A stretch of 64,000 nt of DNA from Isurus oxyrinchus (taxonomy: Eukaryota): NCBI GenBank assembly GCA_026770705.1, contig JANJGN010000033.1, forward strand, positions 9,486,001-9,550,000, written 5' to 3'. Both the position numbers and the translations under genes were made by a program. The stretch's first letter is position 1. Each line of letters begins with the position of its first letter. The notes beneath the pieces are model-generated. The model did no database searches and had not been told where the DNA came from. It saw only the letters and a program-made list of their open reading frames with translations. Shown here piece by piece: positions 36,801 through 51,800 of this stretch.

Positions 36801-39800
36801 CAATTCCAGTCCCCATATCACACTTGGAGCACTGTGCACAGTTCCAGTCTCCATATCACACTTGGAGCACTGTGTACAGTTCCAGTCTCCAAATCACACT
36901 TGGAGCACTGTGCACAGTTCCAGTCTCCATATCACAATTGCAGCACTGTGCACAGTTCCAGTCTCCATATCACACTTGGAGCACTGTGCACAGTTCCAGT
37001 CTCCATATCACGCTTGGAGTAGTGTCCACAGTTCCAGCCTCCATCTCACACTTGGAGTACTGTGCACAGTTCTGGTTTCCACTTCTGACTTGGAGCACTG
37101 TGCACAGTTCCGATCTCCAAATCACACTTGGAGCACTGTGTACAGTTCCAGTCTCCAAATCACACTTGGAGCACTGTGCACAGTTCCAGTTTCCATATCA
37201 CACTTGGAGCACTGTGCACAGCTCCAGTCTCCATATCACAATTGGAGCACTGTGCACAGTTCCAGTCTCCATATCACACTTGGAGCACTATGCACAGTTC
37301 CAGTCTCCATATCACACTTGGAGCACTGGGCACAGTTCCAGTCTCCATATCACACTTGGAGCACTGCATACAGTTCCAGTCTCTATATCACACTTGGAGC
37401 ATTGTGCACAGTTCCGGTCTCTATGTCATATTTGGAGCACTGTGTACAGTTCCAGTCTCCATATCTCGCTTGGAGAACTATGCACAGTTCCAGTCTGCAT
37501 ATCACACTTGGAGCACTGTGTATATTTCCAGTCTCCAAATCACACATGGAGCACAGAGCACTGTTCCAGTCTCCATATCACACTTGGAGCACAGTGCACA
37601 GTTCCGATCTCCATTTCAGATTTAGATAACTGTGTACAGTTCCAGTCTCCAAATCACACTTGGAGCACTATGTAGAGATCCAGTCTCCATATTACACGTA
37701 GAGCATTGTGCACAGTTCCAGTCTCCATTTCACACTTGGAGCACTATGCACAGTTCCAGTCTCCAAATCACACAAGGAGCACTATGCACATTTCCATTCT
37801 CTATATCACACTTGGAGCACGGTGCACAGTTCCAGTCTCCAAATCACACTTGGAGCACTGTGCACAGTTCCGGTCTCCATTTCTCACTTGGAGCACTGTG
37901 CACAGTTCTGGTCACCAAATCACACTTGGAGTACTGTGTACAGTTCCAGTCTCCAAATCACACTTGGAACACTGTGCACAGTTCCAGTCTCCATTTCCTG
38001 CTTGGTGCACTGTGTATAGTTCCGGTCTCCATATCACGCTTGGAGCACTGTGCACAGCTCCAGTCTCCATATCACGCTTGGAGCACTGTGAACAGTTCCT
38101 GTCTCCAAATCACACATGGAGTAGTGTCCACAATTCCAGTCTCCATATCACACTTGGAGCACTGTGTACAGTTCCGGTCTCCATATTACACTTGGAGTCC
38201 TGTGTACAGTTCCTGTCTCCATATTACACTTGGAGCCCTGTGTACAGTTCCTGTCTCCAAATCACACTTGGAGCACTGTGCACAGTTCCAGTCTCTATAT
38301 CACACTTGGAGCACTGTGAACAGTTCCTGTCTCCATATCTCACTTGGTGGAATGTGCACAGTTCTGGTCTCCAAATCACACTTGGAGCATTGTGTACAGT
38401 TCCAGTCTCCAAATCACACTTGGAGCACTGTGCACAGTTCCGGTCTCCATATCACGCTTGGAGCACACTGCACAGCTCCAGTCTCAATATCACGCTTGAT
38501 GCACTGTGTACAGTTCTAGTCTCCACTTCACACTTGGAGCATTGTGCACAGTTCTGGTCTCCAAATCACACTTGGAGCACTGCGTACAGTTCCAGTCTCC
38601 ATATCACACTTGGAGCACTGTGTACAGTTCCAGTCTCCATATCACGCTTGGAGCACTATGCACACTTCCAGTCTCCATATCACACTTGGAGCACTGTCTA
38701 TATTTCCAGTCTCCAAATCACACATAGAGCACAGAGCACAGTTCCTGTCTCCATTTCACACTTGGAGCACAGTGCAAAATTCCGGTCTCCATTTCATATT
38801 TGGAGCCCTGTGTGCAGCTCCAGTCTCCAAATCACACTTGGTGTACTGTGCACAGTTCCAGTTTCTATACACATTTGGAGCACAGTGCGCAGTTCCGGTC
38901 TCCATTTCATATTTGGAGCACTGTGTACAGTTCCAGACTCCAAATCACACTTGGAGCACTGTGCACTGTTCCAGTCTCCATATCACACTAGAGCACGGTG
39001 CGCAGTTCCAGTCTCTAAATCTCACTTGGGGCATTGTGTACAGTCCAGTCTCCATATCACACTTGGAGCACTATGCACTGTTCCAGTCTCCATATCACAC
39101 TTGGAGCACTGTGCTCAGTTCCGGTCTCCATATCACACTTGAAGCACTGTACACAGTTCCAGTGACCATATCACACTTGGAGCATTGTGTACAGTTCCAG
39201 TCTCCAAATCACACTTGTAGTAATTTGCACAGTTCCGGTCTCCATTTCTCGCTTGCAGGAATGTGCACAGATCTGGTCCCCAAAACACACTTGGAGCACT
39301 GTGCACAGTTCCGGTCGCCATATCACACTTGCAGCACTGTACACAGTTCCAGTGTCCCTATCACACTTGGAGCACTGTGCACAGTTCTAGTCTCCATATT
39401 ACACTTGGAGCATTGTGCACAGTTCCAGGCTATGTTTCTCACTTGGAGCCGTGTGTACAGTTCCTTTCTCCATTTCTCGCTTGGAGCACTGTGTATAGTT
39501 CCAGTCTCCATATCACACTTGGAGCGCTTTGTACAGTTCCAGTCTCCATATCACACTTGGAGCACTGTCTACAGTTCCAGTCTCCAAATCACACTTGGAG
39601 AACTGTGCACAGTGCTGGTTTCCATATTACACTTGGAAAACTGTGTACAGTTCTAGTCTCCATATCACACTTGGAGCACTGTGCACTGTTCCAGTCCCAA
39701 TATCACACTTGGCGGAATGTGCACAGATCTGGTCTCCAAATCACACTTGGAGAACTGTGTACAGTTGTGGTCTCCATATTACACTTGGAGCACTGTGTAC

Positions 39801-42800
39801 AGTTCCAGTCTCCATATGACGCTGGGAGCACTATGCACAGTTCCAGTCTCCATATCACACTTGGAGCACTGTGTACAGTTCTAGTCTCTATATCACACTT
39901 GGAGAACTATGCACAGTTCCGGTCTCTATGTCTTATTTGGAGCACTGTGTACAGTTCCAGTCTCCATATCACGCTTGGAGAACTATGCACAGTTCCAGTC
40001 TGCATATCACACTTGGAGCACTGTGTATATTTCCAGTCTCCAAATCACCCATGGAGCACAGAGCACAGTTCCAGTCTCCATATCACACTTGGAGCACTGT
40101 GTATAGATCCAGTCTGCATATTACACGTAAAGCATTGTGCACAGTTCCAGTCTGCATTTCACACTTGGAGCACTATGCACAGTTCCAGTCTACAAATCAC
40201 ACAAGGAGCACTATGCACAGTTCCAGTCTCCATATCAAACTTGGAGTACGGTGCACGGTTCCAGTCTCCATATTACACTTGGAGCATTGTGCACAGTTCC
40301 AGTCAATGTTTCTCGCTTGGAGCACTGTGTACAGTTCCTTTCTCCATTTCTCGCTTGGAGCACTGTGTATCGTTCCAGTCTCCAAATCACACTTGGAGCA
40401 CGGTGCACAGTTCCAGTCTCTATATCACACTTGGAGCACTGTGTACACTTCCAGTCTCCAGATCATACTTGCAGCACTGTGTACAGTTTCAGTCTCCATA
40501 TCATGCTTGGAGAACTATGCACAGTTCCAGTCTCCATATCACACTCGGAGCACTGTGCACAGTTCCGGTCTCCAAATCACACTTGGAGCACTGTGCACTC
40601 TTCCGGTCTCCATTTCTCACTTGGAGGAATGTGCACAGTTCTGGTCTCCAAATCACACTAGGAGCACTGTGTACAATCTGAGTCTCCAAATCACACTAGG
40701 AGCACTGTGTACAGTTCCAGTCTCCAAATCACACTTGGAGCACTGTGCACAGTTCCGGTCTCCCTTTCTCACTTGCAGCACTGTACACAGTTCTGGTCAC
40801 CAAATCACACTTGGAGCACTATGTACAGTTCCAGTCTCCAAATCACACTTGGAGCACTGTGCACAGTTCCGGTCTCCATATCATGCTTGGAGCACTCTGC
40901 ACAGTTCCAGTCTCCAAATCACACTTGGAGCACTGTGCACAGTTCCGGTCTCCCTTTCTCACTTGCAGCACTGTACACTGTTCTGGTCACCAAATCACAC
41001 TTGGAGCACTGTGTACAGTTCCAGTCTCCAAATCACACTTGGAGCACTGTGCACAGTTCCAGTCTCCATATCACAATTGCAGCACTGTGCACAGTTCCAG
41101 TCTCCATATCACACTTGGAGCACTGTGCACAGTTCCAGTCTCCATATCACGCTTGGAGTAGTGTCCACAGTTCCAGCCTCCATCTCACACTTGGAGTACT
41201 GTGCACAGTTCTGGTTTCCACTTCTGACTTGGAGCACTGTGCACAGTTCCGATCTCCAAATCACACTTGGAGCACTGTGTACAGTTCCAGTCTCCAAATC
41301 ACACTTGGAGCACTGTGCACAGTTCCAGTTTCCATATCACACTTGGAACACTGTGCACAGCTCCAGTCTCCATATCACAATTGGAGCACTGTGCACAGTT
41401 CCAGTCTCCATATCACACTTGGAGCACTATGCACAGTTCCAGTCTCCATATCACACTTGGAGCACTGGGCACAGTTCCAGTCTCCATATCACACTTGGAG
41501 CACTGCATACAGTTCCAGTCTCTATATCACACTTGGAGCATTGTGCACAGTTCCGGTCTCTATGTCATATTTGGAGCACTGTGTACAGTTCCAGTCTCCA
41601 TATCTCGCTTGGAGAACTATGCACAGTTCCAGTCTGCATATCACACTTGGAGCACTGTGTATATTTCCAGTCTCCAAATCACACATGGAGCACAGAGCAC
41701 TGTTCCAGTCTCCATATCACACTTGGAGCACAGTGCACAGTTCCGATCTCCATTTCAGATTTAGATAACTGTGTACAGTTCCAGTCTCCAAATCACACTT
41801 GGAGCACTATGTAGAGATCCAGTCTCCATATTACACGTAGAGCATTGTGCACAGTTCCAGTCTCCATTTCACACTTGGAGCACTATGCACAGTTCCAGTC
41901 TCCAAATCACACAAGGAGCACTATGCACATTTCCATTCTCTATATCACACTTGGAGCACGGTGCACAGTTCCAGTCTCCAAATCACACTTGGAGCACGGT
42001 GCACAGTTCCGGTCTCCATTTCTCACTTGGAGCACTGTGCACAGTTCTGGTCACCAAATCACACTTGGAGTACTGTGTACAGTTCCAGTCTCCAAATCAC
42101 ACTTGGAACACTGTGCACAGTTCCAGTCTCCATTTCCTGCTTGGTGCACTGTGTATAGTTCCGGTCTCCATATCACGCTTGGAGCACTGTGCACAGCTCC
42201 AGTCTCCATATCACGCTTGGAGCACTGTGAACAGTTCCTGTCTCCAAATCACACATGGAGTAGTGTCCACAATTCCAGTCTCCATATCACACTTGGAGCA
42301 CTGTGTACAGTTCCGGTCTCCATATTACACTTGGAGTCCTGTGTACAGTTCCTGTCTCCATATTACACTTGGAGCCCTGTGTACAGTTCCTGTCTCCAAA
42401 TCACACTCGGAGCACTGTGCACAGTTCCGGTCTCCAAATCACACTTGGAGCACTGTGCACTCTTCCGGTCTCCATTTCTCACTTGGAGGAATGTGCACAG
42501 TTCTGGTCTCCAAATCACACTAGGAGCACTGTGTACAATCTGAGTCTCCAAATCACACTAGGAGCACTGTGTACAGTTCCAGTCTCCAAATCACACTTGG
42601 AGCACTGTGCACAGTTCCGGTCTCCCTTTCTCACTTGCAGCACTGTACACAGTTCTGGTCACCAAATCACACTTGGAGCACTATGTACAGTTCCAGTCTC
42701 CAAATCACACTTGGAGCACTGTGCACAGTTCCGGTCTCCATATCATGCTTGGAGCACTCTGCACAGTTCCAGTCTCCAAATCACACTTGGAGCACTGTGC

Positions 42801-45800
42801 ACAGTTCCGGTCTCCCTTTCTCACTTGCAGCACTGTACACTGTTCTGGTCACCAAATCACACTTGGAGCACTATGTACAGTTCCAGTCTCCAAATCACAC
42901 TTGGAGCACGGTGCACAGTTCCAGTCTCTATATCACACTTGGAGCACTGTATATGGTTCCGATCTCCATATCATACTTGGAGCACTGTGTACAGTTCCAG
43001 TCTCCAAATCACACTTGGAGAACTGTGTACAGTTCGGGTCTCCATATAACACTTGGAGCACTGTTTACAATTCCAGTCCCCATATCACACTTGGAGCACT
43101 GTGCACAGTTCCAGTCTCCATATCACACTTGGAGCACTGTGTACAGTTCCAGTCTCCAAATCACACTTGGAGCACTGTGCACAGTTCCAGTCTCCATATC
43201 ACAATTGCAGCACTGTGCACAGTTCCAGTCTCCATATCACACTTGGAGCACTGTGCACAGTTCCAGTCTCCATATCACGCTTGGAGTAGTGTCCACAGTT
43301 CCAGCCTCCATCTCACACTTGGAGTACTGTGCACAGTTCTGGTTTCCACTTCTGACTTGGAGCACTGTGCACAGTTCCGATCTCCAAATCACACTTGGAG
43401 CACTGTGTACAGTTCCAGTCTCCAAATCACACTTGGAGCACTGTGCACAGTTCCAGTTTCCATATCACACTTGGAACACTGTGCACAGCTCCAGTCTCCA
43501 TATCACAATTGGAGCACTGTGCACAGTTCCAGTCTCCATATCACACTTGGAGCACTATGCACAGTTCCAGTCTCCATATCACACTTGGAGCACTGGGCAC
43601 AGTTCCAGTCTCCATATCACACTTGGAGCACTGCATACAGTTCCAGTCTCTATATCACACTTGGAGCATTGTGCACAGTTCCGGTCTCTATGTCATATTT
43701 GGAGCACTGTGTACAGTTCCAGTCTCCATATCTCGCTTGGAGAACTATGCACAGTTCCAGTCTGCATATCACACTTGGAGCACTGTGTATATTTCCAGTC
43801 TCCAAATCACACATGGAGCACAGAACACTGTTCCAGTCTCCATATCACACTTGGAGCACAGTGCACAGTTCCGATCTCCATTTCAGATTTAGATAACTGT
43901 GTACAGTTCCAGTCTCCAAATCACACTTGGAGCACTATGTAGAGATCCAGTCTCCATATTACACGTAGAGCATTGTGCACAGTTCCAGTCTCCATTTCAC
44001 ACTTGGAGCACTATGCACAGTTCCAGTCTCCAAATCACACAAGGAGCACTATGCACATTTCCATTCTCTATATCACACTTGGAGCACGGTGCACAGTTCC
44101 AGTCTCCAAATCACACTTGGAGCACTGTGCACAGTTCCGGTCTCCATTTCTCACTTGGAGCACTGTGCACAGTTCTGGTCACCAAATCACACTTGGAGTA
44201 CTGTGTACAGTTCCAGTCTCCAAATCACACTTGGAACACTGTGCACAGTTCCAGTCTCCATTTCCTGCTTGGTGCACTGTGTATAGTTCCGGTCTCCATA
44301 TCACGCTTGGAGCACTGTGCACAGCTCCAGTCTCCATATCACGCTTGGAGCACTGTGAACAGTTCCTGTCTCCAAATCACACATGGAGTAGTGTCCACAA
44401 TTCCAGTCTCCATATCACACTTGGAGCACTGTGTACAGTTCCGGTCTCCATATTACACTTGGAGTCCTGTGTACAGTTCCTGTCTCCATATTACACTTGG
44501 AGCCCTGTGTACAGTTCCTGTCTCCAAATCACACTTGGAGCACTGTGCACAGTTCCAGTCTCTATATCACACTTGGAGCACTGTGAACAGTTCCTGTCTC
44601 CATATCTCACTTGGTGGAATGTGCACAGTTCTGGTCTCCAAATCACACTTGGAGCATTGTGTACAGTTCCAGTCTCCAAATCACACTTGGAGCACTGTGC
44701 ACAGTTCCGGTCTCCATATCACGCTTGGAGCACACTGCACAGCTCCAGTCTCAATATCACGCTTGGTGCACTGTGTACAGTTCTAGTCTCCACTTCACAC
44801 TTGGAGCATTGTGCACAGTTCTGGTCTCCAAATCACACTTGGAGCACTGCGTACAGTTCCAGTCTCCATATCACACTTGGAGCACTGTGTACAGTTCCAG
44901 TCTCCATATCACGCTTGGAGCACTATGCACACTTCCAGTCTCCATATCACACTTGGAGCACTGTCTATATTTCCAGTCTCCAAATCACACATAGAGCACA
45001 GAGCACAGTTCCTGTCTCCATTTCACACTTGGAGCACAGTGCAAAATTCCGGTCTCCATTTCATATTTGGAGCCCTGTGTGCAGCTCCAGTCTCCAAATC
45101 ACACTTGGTGTACTGTGCACAGTTCCAGTTTCTATACACATTTGGAGCACAGTGCGCAGTTCCGGTCTCCATTTCATATTTGGAGCACTGTGTACAGTTC
45201 CAGACTCCAAATCACACTTGGAGCACTGTGCACAGTTCCAGTCTCCATATCACACTAGAGCACGGTGCGCAGTTCCAGTCTCTAAATCTCACTTGGGGCA
45301 TTGTGTACAGTCCAGTCTCCACATCACACTTGGAGCACTGCGTACAGTTCCAGTCTCTATATCACACTTGGAGAACTATGCACAGTTCCGGTCTCTATGT
45401 CTTATTTGGAGCACTGTGTACAGTTCCAGTCTCCATATCACGCTTGGAGAACTATGCACAGTTCCAGTCTGCATATCACACTTGGAGCACTGTGTATATT
45501 TCCAGTCTCCAAATCACCCATGGAGCACAGAGCACAGTTCCAGTCTCCATATCACACTTGGAGCACTGTGTATAGATCCAGTCTGCATATTACACGTAAA
45601 GCATTGTGCACAGTTCCAGTCTGCATTTCACACTTGGAGCACTATGCACAGTTCCAGTCTACAAATCACACAAGGAGCACTATGCACAGTTCCAGTCTCC
45701 ATATCAAACTTGGAGTACGGTGCACGGTTCCAGTCTCCATATTACACTTGGAGCATTGTGCACAGTTCCAGTCAATGTTTCTCGCTTGGAGCACTGTGTA

Positions 45801-48800
45801 CAGTTCCTTTCTCCATTTCTCGCTTGGAGCACTGTGTATCGTTCCAGTCTCCAAATCACACTTGGAGCACGGTGCACAGTTCCAGTCTCCATATCACACT
45901 TGGAGCACTGTGTACACTTCCAGTCTCCAGATCATACTTGCAGCACTGTGTACAGTTTCAGTCTCCATATCATGCTTGGAGAACTATGCACAGTTCCAGT
46001 CTCCATATCACACTCGGAGCACTGTGCACAGTTCCGGTCTCCAAATCATACTTGGAGCACTGTGCACTCTTCCGGTCTCCATTTCTCACTTGGAGGAATG
46101 TGCACAGTTCTGGTCTCCAAATCACACTAGGAGCACTGTGTACAATCTGAGTCTCCAAATCACACTAGGAGCACTGTGTACAGTTCCAGTCTCCAAATCA
46201 CACTTGGAGCACTGTGCACAGTTCCGGTCTCCCTTTCTCACTTGCAGCACTGTACACAGTTCTGGTCACCAAATCACACTTGGAGCACTATGTACAGTTC
46301 CAGTCTCCAAATCACACTTGGAGCACTGTGCACAGTTCCGGTCTCCATATCATGCTTGGAGCACTCTGCACAGTTCCAGTCTCCAAATCACACTTGGAGC
46401 ACTGTGCACAGTTCCGGTCTCCCTTTCTCACTTGCAGCACTGTACACTGTTCTGGTCACCAAATCACACTTGGAGCACTATGTACAGTTCCAGTCTCCAA
46501 ATCACACTTGGAGCACGGTGCACAGTTCCAGTCTCTATATCACACTTGGAGCACTGTATATGGTTCCGATCTCCATATCATACTTGGAGCACTGTGTACA
46601 GTTCCAGTCTCCAAATCACACTTGGAGAACTGTGTACAGTTCGGGTCTCCATATAACACTTGGAGCACTGTTTACAATTCCAGTCCCCATATCACACTTG
46701 GAGCACTGTGCACAGTTCCAGTCTCCATATCACACTTGGAGCACTGTGTACAGTTCCAGTCTCCAAATCACACTTGGAGCACTGTGCACAGTTCCAGTCT
46801 CCATATCACAATTGGAGCACTGTGAACAGTTCCAGTCTCCATATCACACTTGGAGCACTGTGCACAGTTCCAGTCTCCATATCACGCTTGGAGTAGTGTC
46901 CACAGTTCCAGCCTCCATCTCACACTTGGAGTACTGTGCACAGTTCTGGTTTCCACTTCTGACTTGGAGCACTGTGCACAGTTCCGATCTCCAAATCACA
47001 CTTGGAGCACTGTGTACAGTTCCAGTCTCCAAATCACACTTGGAGCACTGTGCACAGTTCCAGTTTCCATATCACACTTGGAGCACTGTGCACAGCTCCA
47101 GTCTCCATATCACAATTGGAGCACTGTGCACAGTTCCGGTCTCCAAATCACACTTGGAGCACTGTGCACTCTTCCGGTCTCCATTTCTCACTTGGAGGAA
47201 TGTGCACAGTTCTGGTCTCCAAATCACACTAGGAGCACTGTGTACAATCTGAGTCTCCAAATCACACTAGGAGCACTGTGTACAGTTCCAGTCTCCAAAT
47301 CACACTTGGAGCACTGTGCACAGTTCCGGTCTCCCTTTCTCACTTGCAGCACTGTACACAGTTCTGGTCACCAAATCACACTTGGAGCACTATGTACAGT
47401 TCCAGTCTCCAAATCACACTTGGAGCACTGTGCACAGTTCCGGTCTCCATATCATGCTTGGAGCACTCTGCACAGTTCCAGTCTCCAAATCACACTTGGA
47501 GCACTGTGCACAGTTCCGGTCTCCCTTTCTCACTTGCAGCACTGTACACTGTTCTGGTCACCAAATCACACTTGGAGCACTATGTACAGTTCCAGTCTCC
47601 AAATCACACTTGGAGCACGGTGCACAGTTCCAGTCTCTATATCACACTTGGAGCACTGTATATGGTTCCGATCTCCATATCATACTTGGAGCACTGTGTA
47701 CAGTTCCAGTCTCCAAATCACACTTGGAGAACTGTGTACAGTTCGGGTCTCCATATAACACTTGGAGCACTGTTTACAATTCCAGTCCCCATATCACACT
47801 TGGAGCACTGTGCACAGTTCCAGTCTCCATATCACACTTGGAGCACTGTGTACAGTTCCAGTCTCCAAATCACACTTGGAGCACTGTGCACAGTTCCAGT
47901 CTCCATATCACAATTGCAGCACTGTGCACAGTTCCAGTCTCCATATCACACTTGGAGCACTGTGCACAGTTCCAGTCTCCATATCACGCTTGGAGTAGTG
48001 TCCACAGTTCCAGCCTCCATCTCACACTTGGAGTACTGTGCACAGTTCTGGTTTCCACTTCTGACTTGGAGCACTGTGCACAGTTCCGATCTCCAAATCA
48101 CACTTGGAGCACTGTGTACAGTTCCAGTCTCCAAATCACACTTGGAGCACTGTGCACAGTTCCAGTTTCCATATCACACTTGGAGCACTGTGCACAGCTC
48201 CAGTCTCCATATCACAATTGGAGCACTGTGCACAGTTCCAGTCTCCATATCACACTTGGAGCACTATGCACAGTTCCAGTCTCCATATCACACTTGGAGC
48301 ACTGGGCACAGTTCCAGTCTCCATATCACACTTGGAGCACTGCATACAGTTCCAGTCTCTATATCACACTTGGAGCATTGTGCACAGTTCCGGTCTCTAT
48401 GTCATATTTGGAGCACTGTGTACAGTTCCAGTCTCCATATCTCGCTTGGAGAACTATGCACAGTTCCAGTCTGCATATCACACTTGGAGCACTGTGTATA
48501 TTTCCAGTCTCCAAATCACACATGGAGCACAGAGCACTGTTCCAGTCTCCATATCACACTTGGAGCACAGTGCACAGTTCCGATCTCCATTTCAGATTTA
48601 GATAACTGTGTACAGTTCCAGTCTCCAAATCACACTTGGAGCACTATGTAGAGATCCAGTCTCCATATTACACGTAGAGCATTGTGCACAGTTCCAGTCT
48701 CCATTTCACACTTGGAGCACTATGCACAGTTCCAGTCTCCAAATCACACAAGGAGCACTATGCACATTTCCATTCTCTATATCACACTTGGAGCACGGTG

Positions 48801-51800
48801 CACAGTTCCAGTCTCCAAATCACACTTGGAGCACTGTGCACAGTTCCGGTCTCCATTTCTCACTTGGAGCACTGTGCACAGTTCTGGTCACCAAATCACA
48901 CTTGGAGTACTGTGTACAGTTCCAGTCTCCAAATCACACTTGGAACACTGTGCACAGTTCCAGTCTCCATTTCCTGCTTGGTGCACTGTGTATAGTTCCG
49001 GTCTCCATATCACGCTTGGAGCACTGTGCACAGCTCCAGTCTCCATATCACGCTTGGAGCACTGTGAACAGTTCCTGTCTCCAAATCACACATGGAGTAG
49101 TGTCCACAATTCCAGTCTCCATATCACACTTGGAGCACTGTGTACAGTTCCGGTCTCCATATTACACTTGGAGTCCTGTGTACAGTTCCTGTCTCCATAT
49201 TACACTTGGAGCCCTGTGTACAGTTCCTGTCTCCAAATCACACTTGGAGCACTGTGCACAGTTCCAGTCTCTATATCACACTTGGAGCACTGTGAACAGT
49301 TCCTGTCTCCATATCTCACTTGGTGGAATGTGCACAGTTCTGGTCTCCAAATCACACTTGGAGCATTGTGTACAGTTCCAGTCTCCAAATCACACTTGGA
49401 GCACTGTGCACAGTTCCGGTCTCCATATCACGCTTGGAGCACACTGCACAGCTCCAGTCTCAATATCACGCTTGATGCACTGTGTACAGTTCTAGTCTCC
49501 ACTTCACACTTGGAGCATTGTGCACAGTTCTGGTCTCCAAATCACACTTGGAGCACTGCGTACAGTTCCAGTCTCCATATCACACTTGGAGCACTGTGTA
49601 CAGTTCCAGTCTCCATATCACGCTTGGAGCACTATGCACACTTCCAGTCTCCATATCACACTTGGAGCACTGTCTATATTTCCAGTCTCCAAATCACACA
49701 TAGAGCACAGAGCACAGTTCCTGTCTCCATTTCACACTTGGAGCACAGTGCAAAATTCCGGTCTCCATTTCATATTTGGAGCCCTGTGTACAGTTCCAGT
49801 CTCCAAATCACACTTGGAGTACTGTGTATAGATCCAGTCTCCATATTACACGTAGAGCATTGTGCACAGTTCCAGTCCCCATTTCACACTTGGAGCACTG
49901 TGCACAGTTCCAGTCTCTATATCACACTTGGAGCACGGTGCACAGTTCCAGTCCCTATATCACACTTGGAGCACTGTATACGGTTCCGATCTCCATCTCA
50001 TACTTGGAGCACTGTGTGCAGCTCCAGTCTCCAAATCACACTTGGTGTACTGTGCACAGTTCCAGTTTCTATACACATTTGGAGCACAGTGCGCAGTTCC
50101 GGTCTCCATTTCATATTTGGAGCACTGTGTACAGTTCCAGACTCCAAATCACACTTGGAGCACTGTGCACTGTTCCAGTCTCCATATCACACTAGAGCAC
50201 GGTGCGCAGTTCCAGTCTCTAAATCTCACTTGGGGCATTGTGTACAGTCCAGTCTCCATATCACACTTGGAGCACTATGCACTGTTCCAGTCTCCATATC
50301 ACACTTGGAGCACTGTGCTCAGTTCCGGTCTCCATATCACACTTGAAGCACTGTACACAGTTCCAGTGACCATATCACACTTGGAGCATTGTGTACAGTT
50401 CCAGTCTCCAAATCACACTTGTAGTAATTTGCACAGTTCCGGTCTCCATTTCTCGCTTGCAGGAATGTGCACAGATCTGGTCCCCAAAACACACTTGGAG
50501 CACTGTGCACAGTTCCGGTCGCCATATCACACTTGCAGCACTGTACACAGTTCCAGTGTCCCTATCACACTTGGAGCACTGTGCACAGTTCTAGTCTCCA
50601 TATTACACTTGGAGCATTGTGCACAGTTCCAGGCTATGTTTCTCACTTGGAGCCGTGTGTACAGTTCCTTTCTCCATTTCTCGCTTGGAGCACTGTGTAT
50701 AGTTCCAGTCTCCATATCACACTTGGAGCGCTTTGTACAGTTCCAGTCTCCATATCACACTTGGAACACTGTCTACAGTTCCAGTCTCCAAATCACACTT
50801 GGAGAACTGTGCACAGTGCTGGTTTCCATATTACACTTGGAAAACTGTGTACAGTTCTAGTCTCCATATCACACTTGGAGCACTGTGCACTGTTCCAGTC
50901 CCAATATCACACTTGGCGGAATGTGCACAGATCTGGTCTCCAAATCACACTTGGAGAACTGTGTACAGTTGTGGTCTCCATATTACACTTGGAGCACTGT
51001 GTACAGTTCCAGTCTCCATATGACGCTGGGAGCACTATGCACAGTTCCAGTCTCCATATCACACTTGGAGCACTGCGTACAGTTCCAGTCTCTATATCAC
51101 ACTTGGAGCATTGTGCACAGTTCCGGTCTCTATGTCTTATTTGGAGCACTGTGTACAGTTCCAGTCTCCATATCACGCTTGGAGAACTATGCACAGTTCC
51201 AGTCTGCATATCACACTTGGAGCACTGTGTATATTTCCAGTCTCCAAATCACCCATGGAGCACAGAGCACAGTTCCAGTCTCCATATCACACTTGGAGCA
51301 CTGTGTATAGATCCAGTCTGCATATTACACGTAAAGCATTGTGCACAGTTCCAGTCTGCATTTCACACTTGGAGCACTATGCACAGTTCCAGTCTACAAA
51401 TCACACAAGGAGCACTATGCACAGTTCCAGTCTCCATATCAAACTTGGAGTACGGTGCACGGTTCCAGTCTCCATATTACACTTGGAGCATTGTGCACAG
51501 TTCCAGTCAATGTTTCTCGCTTGGAGCACTGTGTACAGTTCCTTTCTCCATTTCTCGCTTGGAGCACTGTGTATCGTTCCAGTCTCCAAATCACACTTGG
51601 AGCACGGTGCACAGTTCCAGTCTCTATATCACACTTGGAGCACTGTGTACACTTCCAGTCTCCAGATCATACTTGCAGCACTGTGTACAGTTTCAGTCTC
51701 CATATCATGCTTGGAGAACTATGCACAGTTCCAGTCTCCATATCACACTCGGAGCACTGTGCACAGTTCCGGTCTCCAAATCACACTTGGAGCACTGTGC